Assembly: GCA_903851045.1 (NCBI GenBank) | Contig: CAINNF010000020.1 | Span: forward strand, 1-54,157 | Direction of reading: 5' to 3' | Origin: Candidatus Adlerbacteria bacterium | GTDB taxonomy: Bacteria > Patescibacteriota > Minisyncoccia > Phycocordibacterales > SBAW01 | Length of the DNA: 54,157 nt | Notes under the pieces: generated by a model | What the model was told of the DNA's origin: nothing | The model's input: only the letters and a program-made list of their open reading frames with translations | Databases searched by the model: none | Part shown: piece after piece, positions 37,001 through 42,407 of the stretch | Position numbering within the stretch: the first letter of the stretch is position 1 | Layout: every line of letters begins with the position of its first letter | Translations under genes and position numbers: made by a program

Positions 37001-39767
37001 GAACGTCTCTATCGCCACGAGTTCGACCGTGACCTATTCGGGAGGACTGTTGGATATCGTCGGTGGTCCGACGGCGACGACCACGATCCAGAACCCAGGT
37101 ACTGGCACCTACGCGTTCTCGGTGTCCGGCGGTACCTTGAACGCGCTCTACTATCAATTCCGCAATCTCGATACGAATGGTCTCAACCTCTCTGGATCTC
37201 CCAGCGTGACGTCGCTCAACTATGGTGACTTTTTGTTGGCGCAGTCCGGAGGAACGATGATGACCATCGCAGGAAGCGTCATCGATGCGAACGCCAGCGC
37301 CCATATCACTGGCGTGAAGTTCGCGACCTCTTCGGGTGTGTCGTCTGGATATAACGTTGTGCGCACCGGATCTCCAGTGAGCGCTTGGACCTTCGCACAA
37401 GGTTACGGCAATTATTCCGGAGAGGCGTTCGATAGTGACGGGTCCGATGCGTGCGGTAACATCCGTTGGGATGACAGCTCGTGCCTTTTCGTGAACCAAA
37501 CGCACTATCGTTGGCGCAACGACGACGGTGGTGAAGGAGCACTCGCAAGCCAATGGTACGATGCTTCCTGGTCGTATCGAAAGAAGGTCGCCATCACGAA
37601 CCCGAACACATCCTCATATACCAATTTCCCTGTGAAGATGACCGTGGTGTACGACGCAAACATGAAGAGCGACTTCAGTGATCTGCGTTTTACCGATTCG
37701 TCGGGCACCGTGGCGATCCCGTACTTTATCGAACGCGCCACTGCTTCGGTCTCTGCTGTGGTGTGGGTGAACGTGCCATCGCTACCGGGCTCGGGTAGCG
37801 CGACGGTGTATATGTACTACGGTAATGCGGCGGCGACCGATGCGTCCAGTGGTACTAACACGTTCCGGTTCTATGACAGTTTCGAAAGTGGCAGTCTCTC
37901 TGGTTACTCCGGCGATACCGGCACTAAGTTCAGTGTCGACGGGTCGTTCGCACACAATGGTTCCTACGGGTTGGATGCCGGTAGCCACGCTGGTGAAAAA
38001 ACGACAAATGGTATCTATCGTACCGGTTCTCAAACGGCGCAAGGAACGACGATACGATACTTCCAGTATGTGGACAGTACACAGCAGGATGAACCGTGTG
38101 CGCTCTTCGGCGTACAAAGCGCTGGCCATAACTATGCGGTCTGTTTGGAAGAGTATCCGACCCAACTGGTCGCGCTGGCGAAGGATGTCACGTCCAACGA
38201 CACGAGCGGTACCATCATGACATCGACCGGAGTGACCTACACGACGGGGTGGTACGAGGTTTCGATCGACTGGCTCGCGAGCACCACCATGAACGTGACC
38301 GTATATAACCCAGGCGGTTCGGTCTTTGCGACACTAAGTACGACGTCCAGCGCCTACTCCTCCGGCGGCATGGGCTTCACTTACTGGTTCCAGCACGGCG
38401 GATGGGACTACTATACCGCTCGCCCGTATGCGCCTTCCGCACCTACCGCTATCTTCGGCGCCCCACAAGGTGATAACGGTGCGACTTGGGCAGCTCCCGA
38501 AGATACGTCTTTGGCAGGACTTTTAGTTGGGTCGAACGTTCGCCTGCGCTTCTCGGTACAGAACACCGGATCGCCGCTCACCAATCAAAACTTCCGTTTG
38601 CAATGGGCGTCGAAAGGGGCAGCGCTCAACTGCGAATCGATAGCGTATGTGAACTATAGTGACGTGCCTGTCGCTGGTAGTTGTGGTTCGTCACCGGCGT
38701 GCATGGCCGCATCGAGCCAATTCACGAACTTGGCGAGCACATCGGGTTCGCTTACGTATCCAGCGAACATGAGCTTCGCGCCAGGTGAGATGATACAGAA
38801 CACTTCGAACCAGACGAACAACATAACCGTTGGAACGAACGCGGTGACCGAACTCGAATACAATTTCCAGATGACCAGTAATGCGACAGGGAACGCCTAC
38901 TGTTTCCGCAGTTCCAAGGGTGGACTCGATTTCGATAGTTACGACCATGTGGCGCAGGCGACCATCCTTCATGCGCCGACCATCAGCAATATCTCGCTGA
39001 ATGGCGCGTCCGATATCTCTCTGGTCGAAGGCACCACCACGAACGTGACGATGACCGCAACGGTCACCGACCTCAATGGGTATAGCGACTTGGTCTTCGG
39101 CACCTCGACGCTCTACCGTTCAGCCGTCGGTGCGTCGTGTACCGCGAACCAAAATAACTGCTACCAGATGGCGAGCACCTCCTGTGCGTACTCAAGTTGC
39201 GCGGGCAACGCATGCACACTCACCTGTACGGCGCCGATGCAATACTTCGCCGATCCGACCGATACTGGGGTGTATGCGGGACAGCATTGGCTCACGACCA
39301 TAGCGGCACAGGACTCGACCGGTTTGCGCGATACCCAGACGATCTCTGGAGTAGGGGTCAACGTGTCGACGCTGTGGGGGCTCGCGGTCAATACCGCGAA
39401 CATCATCTTCCCGCAGCTCCATCCAGGGGAGAATTCGACCTCCACGAACGTGACCACGACCGTACAGAACACCGGCAACGCCGTCATCAATATCAAGCTC
39501 CTTGGCTCGAACCTCACGAACGTGGCAAGTACCACGTATATCCCGGTCGGCTCGCAAGAATATTCGACCACGACCTTCGCCTATGGTTCGTGCGCCGCCT
39601 GTCAATACCTCAGTGGTTCCGCGACGAACGTGACTATCGATATCCCGAAGCCGTCATCCACGACGACGCCGTCGGTCGGTAACGTGTATTGGGGTATCAG
39701 TATCCCGACCGGCGTCGGCGCCGATTCGTACTCAGGTTCTAACACGTTCATCGCGACCGGCGGATAG
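22041..39767 (+). CDS. Giant (about 5,900 aa) membrane-anchored multi-repeat surface protein with Fn3-like, beta-helix-like, DUF2341 and LamG-like modules
   Basis: Single uninterrupted ORF of 17.7 kb. It opens at TTG 22041; in-frame ATGs at 22056 and 22074 (MWRTKRWKQVVMTVVALCGVAYVLWL..., basic + TM) are likelier starts. Motifs include WSYRKKVAITNP...FPVKMTVVYD...DLRFTD..G..IPYFIE...VWVNVPSLPG...VYMYYGN (DUF2341), two ..FDNEKTA...F.FTT.D..GDD..Y......D..F......TTYWWRVRA.DPNG modules, and dozens of FYNLTFNG..G.W...-type ~70-aa repeats. Confidence 0.9.
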   Translation: MRPPCMQAPITMWRTKRWKQVVMTVVALCGVAYVLWLTSGFVLAFRQVKRAHVFPTNVNAIGWNNGQGALTQELPPQAPYASFLQKNSAYLFVASSSSAIIVPTSGGGGGSVIDTSQRSDGTTNDALSATATQATTTQATTTQAAPTSQTFSDASTTPAQVPAPVSDTPASAPLPTSSDTSSQVFLPIPPIISPTSTPSTPPPPSAPAPSSQESTTTSLRSDPASDMALRLERVVAAVFSAIIPQAFATSTSDSTTTPVVSTSTQDTDTISAAPSVDTSATAVATCTVLGDTCHMLEFSGFSVGGSLTNKEFQKAELKFSFAQMASESDMRDGKLSVRYFHNGRWHSAGEIYLNQELSNATNGGYFTQTLDDVSAWDDLSDMRVVFEYEPGDGASPVQLYLDAVWIDAVYVDQVQDVLSGNVSDPTDAPQNISFDVASNVQDSNTLMLDDGSTVSFPFLDALDDSLSVRVDRSTYQGSATSTVVFASVTNTGSSKDTFTLFASFPGAVGSVADVAQYLRNVPNEATTTQTSDVTYYCDVGWQLASSIGQYTCASTNETYVCSTVSDTKANCLVSNVPVGVSTSTTYGSQWVSMGIHTTSGVDAKVSSGLPKGYQIAYTSDRSFDVLPGQTVYFRVTLSTPDTGKVRFVLSAKGDNYFGDVDSMRLQSGTYLKAQSKIKQQTKTKHDYLNDQLSEQSDFNVDELPQFHFKFKTQRDFFTRVKDFLFGRTVPYAVRSAHLRHASGEIEHLPVDIEYGANDEWTLKLEKQQRAFRPGKYSIDLSMQEGGTSYVDTVDFYWGVLAMNPDKSSYAPGETAHFDIGALDDKGDTMCDAQLLLSVTDPSGNTSDVPVVSGGGCGKNNVTSLPDFVADYTTKDEGTYSLTLSRLDDAGNIVTSVSNALTVVKSAPYTITRTGPTRIYPKSAYLMQMHIDAPQGFTGSVVETLPEGFTVTATDGAVLSRVNGAIDLTWNVSITNGGGKDLSYTFKAPEVSPYMYALGPLQLNDTTGTVFTEGRAWQIASDATAIATGVAWLAGNATTFGSNLSSTTASALTWNLSADYDSAYYAYSSSSPSQLVINKPGDYLVALTLPMESTAAGSFRTAIEADIRVNGNKVNAGVSRGYIRTNSTMFEVSDHLYLLLHNLNTGDYIESYVHNLSTNNDTINIGTQASLYAEYIDNSQNVYFGVGTTTSNGTNLNPTASSTVVWYDDPTLGRKDSNYTHTNTDNAASSTITLAAAGSYLVLVNVPLDGAVTSASPRADVLLNNINASGAEFKQGYIANSTGVTDSSLQFSGVVTATTTNERLQVNLIVAGATGALTALNDQASIYIQQLPASGIYVASATSTSNNLTTSNNWNITPATTTLWTTDLIKDATIYAHSTSTRSQQITVGAPGDYLLALNDSHTVNTTVTNQITQVLVNGTPVVGAQTKSHDIYANTQTSGSLVYLLRNLAASSTVTVTTVLDSATGIAVEDKPALLMLWHKSAQSSFIQDTERWYTNVNAEPPTDPWPSGGIDLNEGDPITTGVAVKSGDVLRLRMALTANVNTIAGADSFKLQYAPGTTCSLALAWTDVGAIGSGSIWRGYHNAALSAGQTLSTTTLSVSSTTETYEEQNPSAVTPHSVVVGTDAEWDWVLQDNGASVGTNYCFRMVQSSGQVLKDYNDYPQLITNNTPDVPTLDAPFDNEKTASTSPWFTFTTSDDNGDDIHYEVQVSTDPAFGSTVIDEDSATYYTKFTNTTNSADKAPFGGGQIIQYTPTISLSSGTTYWWRVRAKDPNGTNTWSSYSSAQSVTIDSSVTVSTWFQTTQGQFANDTLSNVSATGSNDVQLSGANTSGTIYSPPIDYTVHTSGNSWGTVSWTNTQSAGNTITYHVEYFTSTSTWAVIPNSDLPGNSTGTTTGPIILTQLDPSVYNLIRVRGDFVKTTTTPILSDWTVSWALSVAQPSLITLFDNEKTATTTPTFTFTTTDPQGDDLQYQLEWSTDATFATGVTIRTSGTDPGFLNTASSTDTSPFVSGNTVSFTVQSADRLASSTTYWWRVRAEDPNGGKAYSLWSSPQSFTTDTTVQSSTWFQTTNDQFGEDFLTRTGTSGGGVTATSTTGNIAIYRANAGNDPITTATFNNYWDTTVRQDSIFSLPSTTTIQLLATGHYAVMYGLRFRSSSGTNRSEIQSYLNLAGNSLPIGWSQAFIRRNGAATQGFSSGGGIINVTSYNAPLIVQSFRTDTNTTAGVMREATSSGVSIIKLDDAWSYARLSKATKQTGPISTSWMPVTWDHEDEIDTTAYAHASGASGLTLKNPGHYLVFANTYGSLRTNVSSMVDQKLKLDNADIDGSFTTVFMNGNANSDGDYQGAASVGTIIQSTTTNQVLTVQVARSLGTAAWTIDGTFSGAYVNRSGLTVVKLPDADFIRLQNSTSTNMDPTALTPLTWNTEAEKDASFTHSTTTTTNKITVNTAGDYLFLTANYAAPGTTANAQPMQGWRKNAGTLELYGQSGSFNSTAVTDTGSFGGIVYPGVAATDYFESIAQARGTTGTVGETKKGIQGLRIGSLAEADTNPKTVESPDIVFSSGTGPKWSTFSWNDSRPASTNIVYQVLYLTASSTYALVPDAVLPGNFNGFSTTSSSVNISNLNRTTYGTLRTLATFTCAAGNCPTLNDWTVSWAQGINVSGIAKTFDQSTNATYGTVGVAVNGVLQAGKTGTISSSGTWTIPNVTAFTGDVITVFVSTTTSATRAVAVTKYTSTNDITGMKLYQMHLTLGSDDNPTLTNTDISQYDNSVSGNSAIFDDVSGGTLNVCAGTACANARLLVSSGTVYEPGASGGNVTTPNIQIDGTLIADANTITVTRSWKNNATFNKGSSTVIFAATSTNESIDSTNATSSAAFNNVTFGQTSSTATWTLLSPLYASSTLAINYGTLQNGANPMVLSGDLTIGASGYFSHGTGTTTFMGTGTNVWTDNNSTTQDMGTVVIDGTTKTVQLGSAVKATNITIGADDTLNASSGNYGITVTGNWTNNNVFTAQNGTVTFVATTTGKTITPGTSSFYNLTFNGAGGNWAFAGGTVTVGNNFTVATGTVTLPTGTTTVAGSFDASGGIFVHNNGAVLFTSGLSQTINPGVSSFYDLAFNGSGAWTFTGTNATSSRNTTITSGSVTLPSGIFAVGGSFIKNGGSFSHNNGTIKFTASTAQTINLNASSAYNLLFTGSGAWAFLDTNATIGGSVTFQGGTTTLPSGTLTIGGSLVSAGGAFAHNNGTVSFTAASTGFAVTPGSSSFYNLIFNSSSGGWTITGNATSTNNTTINSASSWTLNPGTTLAVGGTFANNVGGSTTTFTNSTLYLNSGTSYSLDTKTAGGDVYGTLLVGANTNVRMWNSSAATTTVNSTGSLYSQNHAGVSGALYIYGAFTSSSNEYWSYSNDFDGTALTGGSQRQVQVRIASSSSVTFSGGTLKMVGTTTATTTISNQGIGTYSFSVTGGTLNAQYYQISSTTAAGLSLSGTTNITSLSNGDFTLSLPTGGTSMTINSTVIDQNPLLQIQQVRFATSTGVTSGYNVTEVGTPASYWWFRNHYGNFAGEAYDNDPGGNPGYIRWDDSGYNITVSGHVYADHGSTLIGNPPCDGSTAVVTLVVGTTTYSGSCGLLTGAYSISNVQFTGDVDLVAYLNTNGGKRAVTVTKTPTASISDLDLYQNSLIVRHEGVTPITITDLAGFDSTRDSDVFFAAATSTMTLVTQPNTELYVWQGKTFAPGGNVTLQSGGSGSALDGRLYLATNATFTAVGTQSHSIGGGLTIGSGATFTAANSTVTFTATTTGKSITASSPLTLYNLVFNGTGGQWSLDSSALTTVTHALTMTAGTLVGTGDMTVQSGDVTGSGTIAMTNGTFTISSTGNFGSSNTWQFKNLTFGDGVSTNTTTKTGAGTTTVTGALTIATNQTLNASSSAWLLTGGGTPFVIGGTLNPQSAPFTYAATTATTIANANYAALILAPSGAGSPTYTLSGGTPTIGILTVGDGANPVTVTADTNDPSIALSGTMRISAGATYVASNVGAFTVGGSWINAGTFTNSGAAVLFTATATGNTIQPGTSPFYDATFNSSSGGWTIASNATTTHDLTLTSATNFTVNPNTTLAVGGTFTNNVSGSATAFASSTLYLYSGTSYSINTKSASTETYGTLLIDANTNIRMWNSSAATTTVNSSGSLYSMNHGGVNGALDIWGTYTRSTGSDYWSYSTDFDGTDISGAPRKVNVSIASSSSLTFSGGVLDIIGGPTASTTVTNQGAGTYSLSVSGGTLYANYYEFRNLGASGLNLSGTPTITSLSYGDFLLGIAGGTAMTVTGSVIDANPLKVIKYVKFATTTSIGGYNVTEIGTPSSSWKFNLHYGNLAGEAFDNDPGGNPGYVRWDDSASQITISGHVYSDEGTTVSTVCDNSTQNVKLVVEGSTSFTSSCNSSTGAYSIPGVSFNPGDTLTLYLDTNGGKRAADVSVDPISNITGMDLYENRVIVRHEDTVPITIADMSQYTSANDSDIPFSTVISSTNTLTLPPNTKLIVWTGKTFAPAGNVTIQSGGGANTYDGTLEVQAGGSFSAASTQTHTIGGSLIFDSGATLTSANSTFTFTATTTGKTITPPASSSFYNMTFNGAGGNWAFSSSATTTNDFTVTAGTVTLPTGTLSVGGSLQNNGGTLVHNNGSVLLTATASGKTIKVGTSTLYNLTFNGVSGGWTFSDANATTSNTLTISNGAVTLPSGTLSIGNSFLNTGGTFTHNGGTVKFTATATGKQIQANSSSFNTLLFNGIGGSWTMLDTNLTALGDVTVATGTVVFPPGVFTVSGSLIASTGAFSNNSGTVTFAATATGKSVTPGTSSFYNLIFDSTSGGWTVTGNATSTNNTTINNASSFIVSPGVTLAVGGTFTNNGNISNTTFATSTLYLYSGTSYSINTKSASTETYGTLLIGANTNIRMWNSSAATTTVNSTGSLYSMDHGGVNGALNIWGTYTRSAGSDYWDYATDFDGTALGGGSRPVNVSIATSSTVTYSGGLLDIVGGPTATTTIQNPGTGTYAFSVSGGTLNALYYQFRNLDTNGLNLSGSPSVTSLNYGDFLLAQSGGTMMTIAGSVIDANASAHITGVKFATSSGVSSGYNVVRTGSPVSAWTFAQGYGNYSGEAFDSDGSDACGNIRWDDSSCLFVNQTHYRWRNDDGGEGALASQWYDASWSYRKKVAITNPNTSSYTNFPVKMTVVYDANMKSDFSDLRFTDSSGTVAIPYFIERATASVSAVVWVNVPSLPGSGSATVYMYYGNAAATDASSGTNTFRFYDSFESGSLSGYSGDTGTKFSVDGSFAHNGSYGLDAGSHAGEKTTNGIYRTGSQTAQGTTIRYFQYVDSTQQDEPCALFGVQSAGHNYAVCLEEYPTQLVALAKDVTSNDTSGTIMTSTGVTYTTGWYEVSIDWLASTTMNVTVYNPGGSVFATLSTTSSAYSSGGMGFTYWFQHGGWDYYTARPYAPSAPTAIFGAPQGDNGATWAAPEDTSLAGLLVGSNVRLRFSVQNTGSPLTNQNFRLQWASKGAALNCESIAYVNYSDVPVAGSCGSSPACMAASSQFTNLASTSGSLTYPANMSFAPGEMIQNTSNQTNNITVGTNAVTELEYNFQMTSNATGNAYCFRSSKGGLDFDSYDHVAQATILHAPTISNISLNGASDISLVEGTTTNVTMTATVTDLNGYSDLVFGTSTLYRSAVGASCTANQNNCYQMASTSCAYSSCAGNACTLTCTAPMQYFADPTDTGVYAGQHWLTTIAAQDSTGLRDTQTISGVGVNVSTLWGLAVNTANIIFPQLHPGENSTSTNVTTTVQNTGNAVINIKLLGSNLTNVASTTYIPVGSQEYSTTTFAYGSCAACQYLSGSATNVTIDIPKPSSTTTPSVGNVYWGISIPTGVGADSYSGSNTFIATGG
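22437..22472 (+). repeat. 15-nt tandem repeat (caagcgactaccaca x 2.4) encoding (QATTT)n in the giant ORF linker
   Basis: Direct reading: copies at 22437-22451 and 22452-22466, plus a partial third copy. Confidence 0.85.
31924..34332 (+). repeat. Macro-repeat 1 (~2.4 kb) inside the giant ORF
   Basis: Starts TLAVGGTFANNVGGSTTTFTNSTLYLNSGTSYSLDTK... and runs through ...PGGNPGYIRWDDS, ISGHVY... and the ~70-aa repeats. Collinear with units 2 and 3. Confidence 0.8.
34333..36656 (+). repeat. Macro-repeat 2 (~2.3 kb) inside the giant ORF
   Basis: TLAVGGTFTNNVSGSATAFASSTLYLYSGTSYSINTKSASTETYGTLLIDANTNIRMWNSSAATTTVN... is collinear with unit 1 and very close to unit 3. Confidence 0.8.
36657..37480 (+). 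repeat. Macro-repeat 3 (partial, first ~0.8 kb of the unit) inside the giant ORF
   Basis: TLAVGGTFTNNGNISNTTFATSTLYLYSGTSYSINTKSASTETYGTLLIGANTNIRMWNSSAATTTVN...IRWDDS. Long stretches are nearly identical in nucleotides to unit 2 (compare 34398-34660 with 36718-36980). Confidence 0.8.
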
Positions 39768-39788
39768 TCGATCGTTAGTACGCGTTTT

Positions 39789-40499
39789 ATGCACACTTAT
39801 ATGAAAAAAACACTTACAAAGATACGATCACTTATTAGAAACCGTTGGTTCGTCATGGGCGTGGCGGCGTGCGTGGTGGTTGCCGGAGGAACGTGGTGGT
39901 TCAGCAAGAGCGCTGAAACACGATTCGCGCACGCATACACGAACTACCAGATCGCGGCTGCCGTGCAGCAGAACGCGACGTTCACTCCTGGGGCGAGCGC
40001 GAACCCGCTGCGTGAGTCGTTGAACCAAACACTTGCGCTCCTTTTGACGAAAGAGACGAAGGATACCGAACGTCTCACGCTCGCGACACAAGGCCTGCAA
40101 CTGATCGCTCAGATGAACAAAGAGGTAGATGCGATAGGGGACGCCGCACCAGCCGTCGCGAGTACGATAGACGCCATGCAAGCAGCCGCCCAGAGTCCTG
40201 GGAACCTGCTCCACCGACCCGCGATGGTACGGATGGTGGATCTCGCGCGCAAACAGATGTCGACCATCGAGGATATCCGAGGACTCTCGTACCGTGCGAA
40301 TTTCGAGATCACACAGATATGCGACCATATCATCGCTGACAAGGGTGCGTTGACCAACGAGTACACGATAGAGCTCAATGACGCTCTGCCTGCCATGGGA
40401 TCGGAGTTCGACAAGCGGGAGAATGCCTATACCGACCTGCAGACCAACATGTTCGACATCCAACAGTCTTTCGCTGGATTTTCGGGCAGCGTACTGTAG
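39789..40499 (+). CDS. Membrane-anchored helical hypothetical protein
   Basis: N-terminal basic region + TM helix (WFVMGVAACVVVAGGTWWF), the rest alpha-helical with low complexity. Alternative start ATG 39801 (MKKTLTK...). Confidence 0.6.
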   Translation: MHTYMKKTLTKIRSLIRNRWFVMGVAACVVVAGGTWWFSKSAETRFAHAYTNYQIAAAVQQNATFTPGASANPLRESLNQTLALLLTKETKDTERLTLATQGLQLIAQMNKEVDAIGDAAPAVASTIDAMQAAAQSPGNLLHRPAMVRMVDLARKQMSTIEDIRGLSYRANFEITQICDHIIADKGALTNEYTIELNDALPAMGSEFDKRENAYTDLQTNMFDIQQSFAGFSGSVL

Positions 40500-40573
40500 T
40501 GTCCACGCTGCGTACGCACGAGGTATTTCCACTGGGCGCTCGAGGTAGTAGAATACAAGCACATACTACTATT

Positions 40574-40924
40574 ATGACAGAACACACTATCCAGGAAGAG
40601 GTGGTCCGAAAGGGGGCGAAGCGGACGTTCGTACAGACGGTGTGGGTATCTGCCGAGTACCTCTCCGTACGTGTCCTTGAAGCGTTCGTAGCCAATGCCC
40701 GTATCATGCGAGAGGAGACCGATCTTTTTTTGGGAGCCGTGCTGTTCCTGCTCGGTGCGCTCAACTGGAGTAGTGCGAAATATTGCGATGGCAACAGCTC
40801 CGACTATCTCTCCTGCACCAGACCGGCGACCTACTACTACTATGGTGCGTTCGAAATACTCCTTATCGTCCTTGGCGTGGTCTTGGTCCTGCTCTGGTTC
40901 GTGAAGAGGCAGCGCACACGATAG
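40574..40924 (+). CDS. Small two-TM membrane protein
   Basis: Starts MTEHTIQEEV..., with TM helices LFLGAVLFLLGALNW and AFEILLIVLGVVLVLLWFV. The ORF is open from 40499, but that part overlaps the upstream gene end. Confidence 0.5.
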   Translation: MTEHTIQEEVVRKGAKRTFVQTVWVSAEYLSVRVLEAFVANARIMREETDLFLGAVLFLLGALNWSSAKYCDGNSSDYLSCTRPATYYYYGAFEILLIVLGVVLVLLWFVKRQRTR

Positions 40925-40983
40925 TTGGTATACGCGTGGTGCCGGAAGAATCGATGCTACACTGACAGTATCACGTCTTCAGC

Positions 40984-42402
40984 ATGAGAAAGAAGAAGAG
41001 TATGTATGTCGGTGTCGGTATGTTGGCGAGCCTCGTCGTGCTCGGTGCGCCTGTATACGCTGCGGAGATCTCCAACGTCACCGTTACCAACACGACCGCA
41101 AGCTCCACGACGATACATTGGACCACGGATGTGAATACCGATGCGACCGTCAACTATGGGCTCGACTCCTCCTATGGGTTGGTGCGAGATCCAACCATCG
41201 CAAGCAAGACGCACACGTTGACGATAACGAATCTCGATCCTGCGACGAACTACCACTTCCAGGTCGAGTCGTCGGACAGTCAGGGTAATAAAAGCGCCAC
41301 CGCAGGTTTCGTCTTCACGACCCCCGGATCACAAAGCCAAAAGATCAACTCGGAGATAAGTAAGGTGACCGACATACAGGAACTCGAGAAGATCGCCGCG
41401 CAAGTGAAGGCGACCGCCGGGGCGGTCATCAAACCGCCAGCTATCGTCGGGGCGCCGAAGGTCGTGCCGGATACGAGCGGAGCGACGATCAGTTGGAGCA
41501 CCGACCGAGAGTCCAATTCGATGGTCGCTCTGGTGCCTTCCGCGCAATACGACTCGGAAAGCGCTGACCCGTACACCATCAACCAAGGCGACCCGAACGA
41601 GTCGACCACGAAGCACACGGTGGTGGTCATAGGACTCAATCCCGCGACCGATTATCATTTCCAAGCCTCTTCGCAGGACACCGCAGGACTTTTGGGAAAG
41701 ACCGACGACGACACGTTCACGACGAAGGCTATCTTGCCGCAGATCAACGGTATCAAAATATCTCGTGTGCAGGAGACCTCCGCAACCATCAGCTGGTCGA
41801 CTGGCAACGTGCTCGCCCAAGGGTTGGTCGACTATACCGACCTCCATACCAAAAAGACCAAGTCCTTCGGTGACCCGGTGTTCACGACGAGCCACTCGGT
41901 ACAGTTGACCGGTCTCACGTTCGGTACGCACTATACGGTGATGGTGCGCGCAACGAATCAGGGTGGCGACGAAATAGATAGTAAACCGCTGGGCTTCGTG
42001 ACGGTGCGCGATGTGGTGCCCCCAATCATCTCGAAGGTGAACAATGAATCGACCTTGTTCCCGAGCGATGATGTGAAGATCCAGACCATTATCACCTGGG
42101 TCACCGACGAGCCAGCGTATTGTCAGTTATTCTATACACAGGGGTTGGTGCACGACGCTGCGAACGAAGGTTCGTCACTACCAGAAGAAGCCAACCCGCT
42201 GACGATGCACACACAGGTGGTCGTCGGGTTCGCGCCCGCGAGCGTGTATAAGTTCTGGATGCGATGTCGCGATGTCGCGAACAACCAGGCGCAGTCGGAC
42301 GACTATGTGCTGATCACGCCAACCAAGGAACAGAACATCGTCGACCTCATCCTCGCGAACTTCCAGGGTACGTTCGGGTGGGTCAACAAGATCGGCAAAT
42401 AA
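40984..42402 (+). CDS. Secreted protein with four fibronectin type III-like domains
   Basis: Signal peptide MRKKKSMYVGVGMLASLVVLGAPVYA. Four repeats: TTIHWTTDVNTDATVNYG...ATNYHFQVESSDSQGN; ATISWSTDRESNSMV...ATDYHFQASSQDTAG; ATISWSTGNVLAQGLVDY...GTHYTVMVRATNQGG; IITWVTDEPAYCQLFY...ASVYKFWMRCRDVANN. Confidence 0.8.
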   Translation: MRKKKSMYVGVGMLASLVVLGAPVYAAEISNVTVTNTTASSTTIHWTTDVNTDATVNYGLDSSYGLVRDPTIASKTHTLTITNLDPATNYHFQVESSDSQGNKSATAGFVFTTPGSQSQKINSEISKVTDIQELEKIAAQVKATAGAVIKPPAIVGAPKVVPDTSGATISWSTDRESNSMVALVPSAQYDSESADPYTINQGDPNESTTKHTVVVIGLNPATDYHFQASSQDTAGLLGKTDDDTFTTKAILPQINGIKISRVQETSATISWSTGNVLAQGLVDYTDLHTKKTKSFGDPVFTTSHSVQLTGLTFGTHYTVMVRATNQGGDEIDSKPLGFVTVRDVVPPIISKVNNESTLFPSDDVKIQTIITWVTDEPAYCQLFYTQGLVHDAANEGSSLPEEANPLTMHTQVVVGFAPASVYKFWMRCRDVANNQAQSDDYVLITPTKEQNIVDLILANFQGTFGWVNKIGK

Positions 42403-42407
42403 TACAT

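Noticed and set aside
30760-37480. Regularly spaced repeats that could suggest a CRISPR-like array
   Set aside because: The periodicity is ~210 nt and ~2.3 kb. The units are divergent and all lie in one reading frame. There are no short identical direct repeats with unique spacers and no cas genes. These are protein repeats.
22388-39605. Dozens of 60-390-aa ORFs in other frames or on the other strand within the giant gene (for example 32004-33167(-), 28815-29489(-), 36852-37553(-))
   Set aside because: All are nested in the 17.7-kb ORF. They are Arg/Gly/Pro-rich with no motifs, and they follow the repeat structure of the sense frame.
22041-39767. Diversity-generating retroelement targeting the giant protein
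   Set aside because: No reverse transcriptase ORF and no template/variable repeat pair with adenine-specific differences were seen. The macro-repeat differences are spread over all bases.
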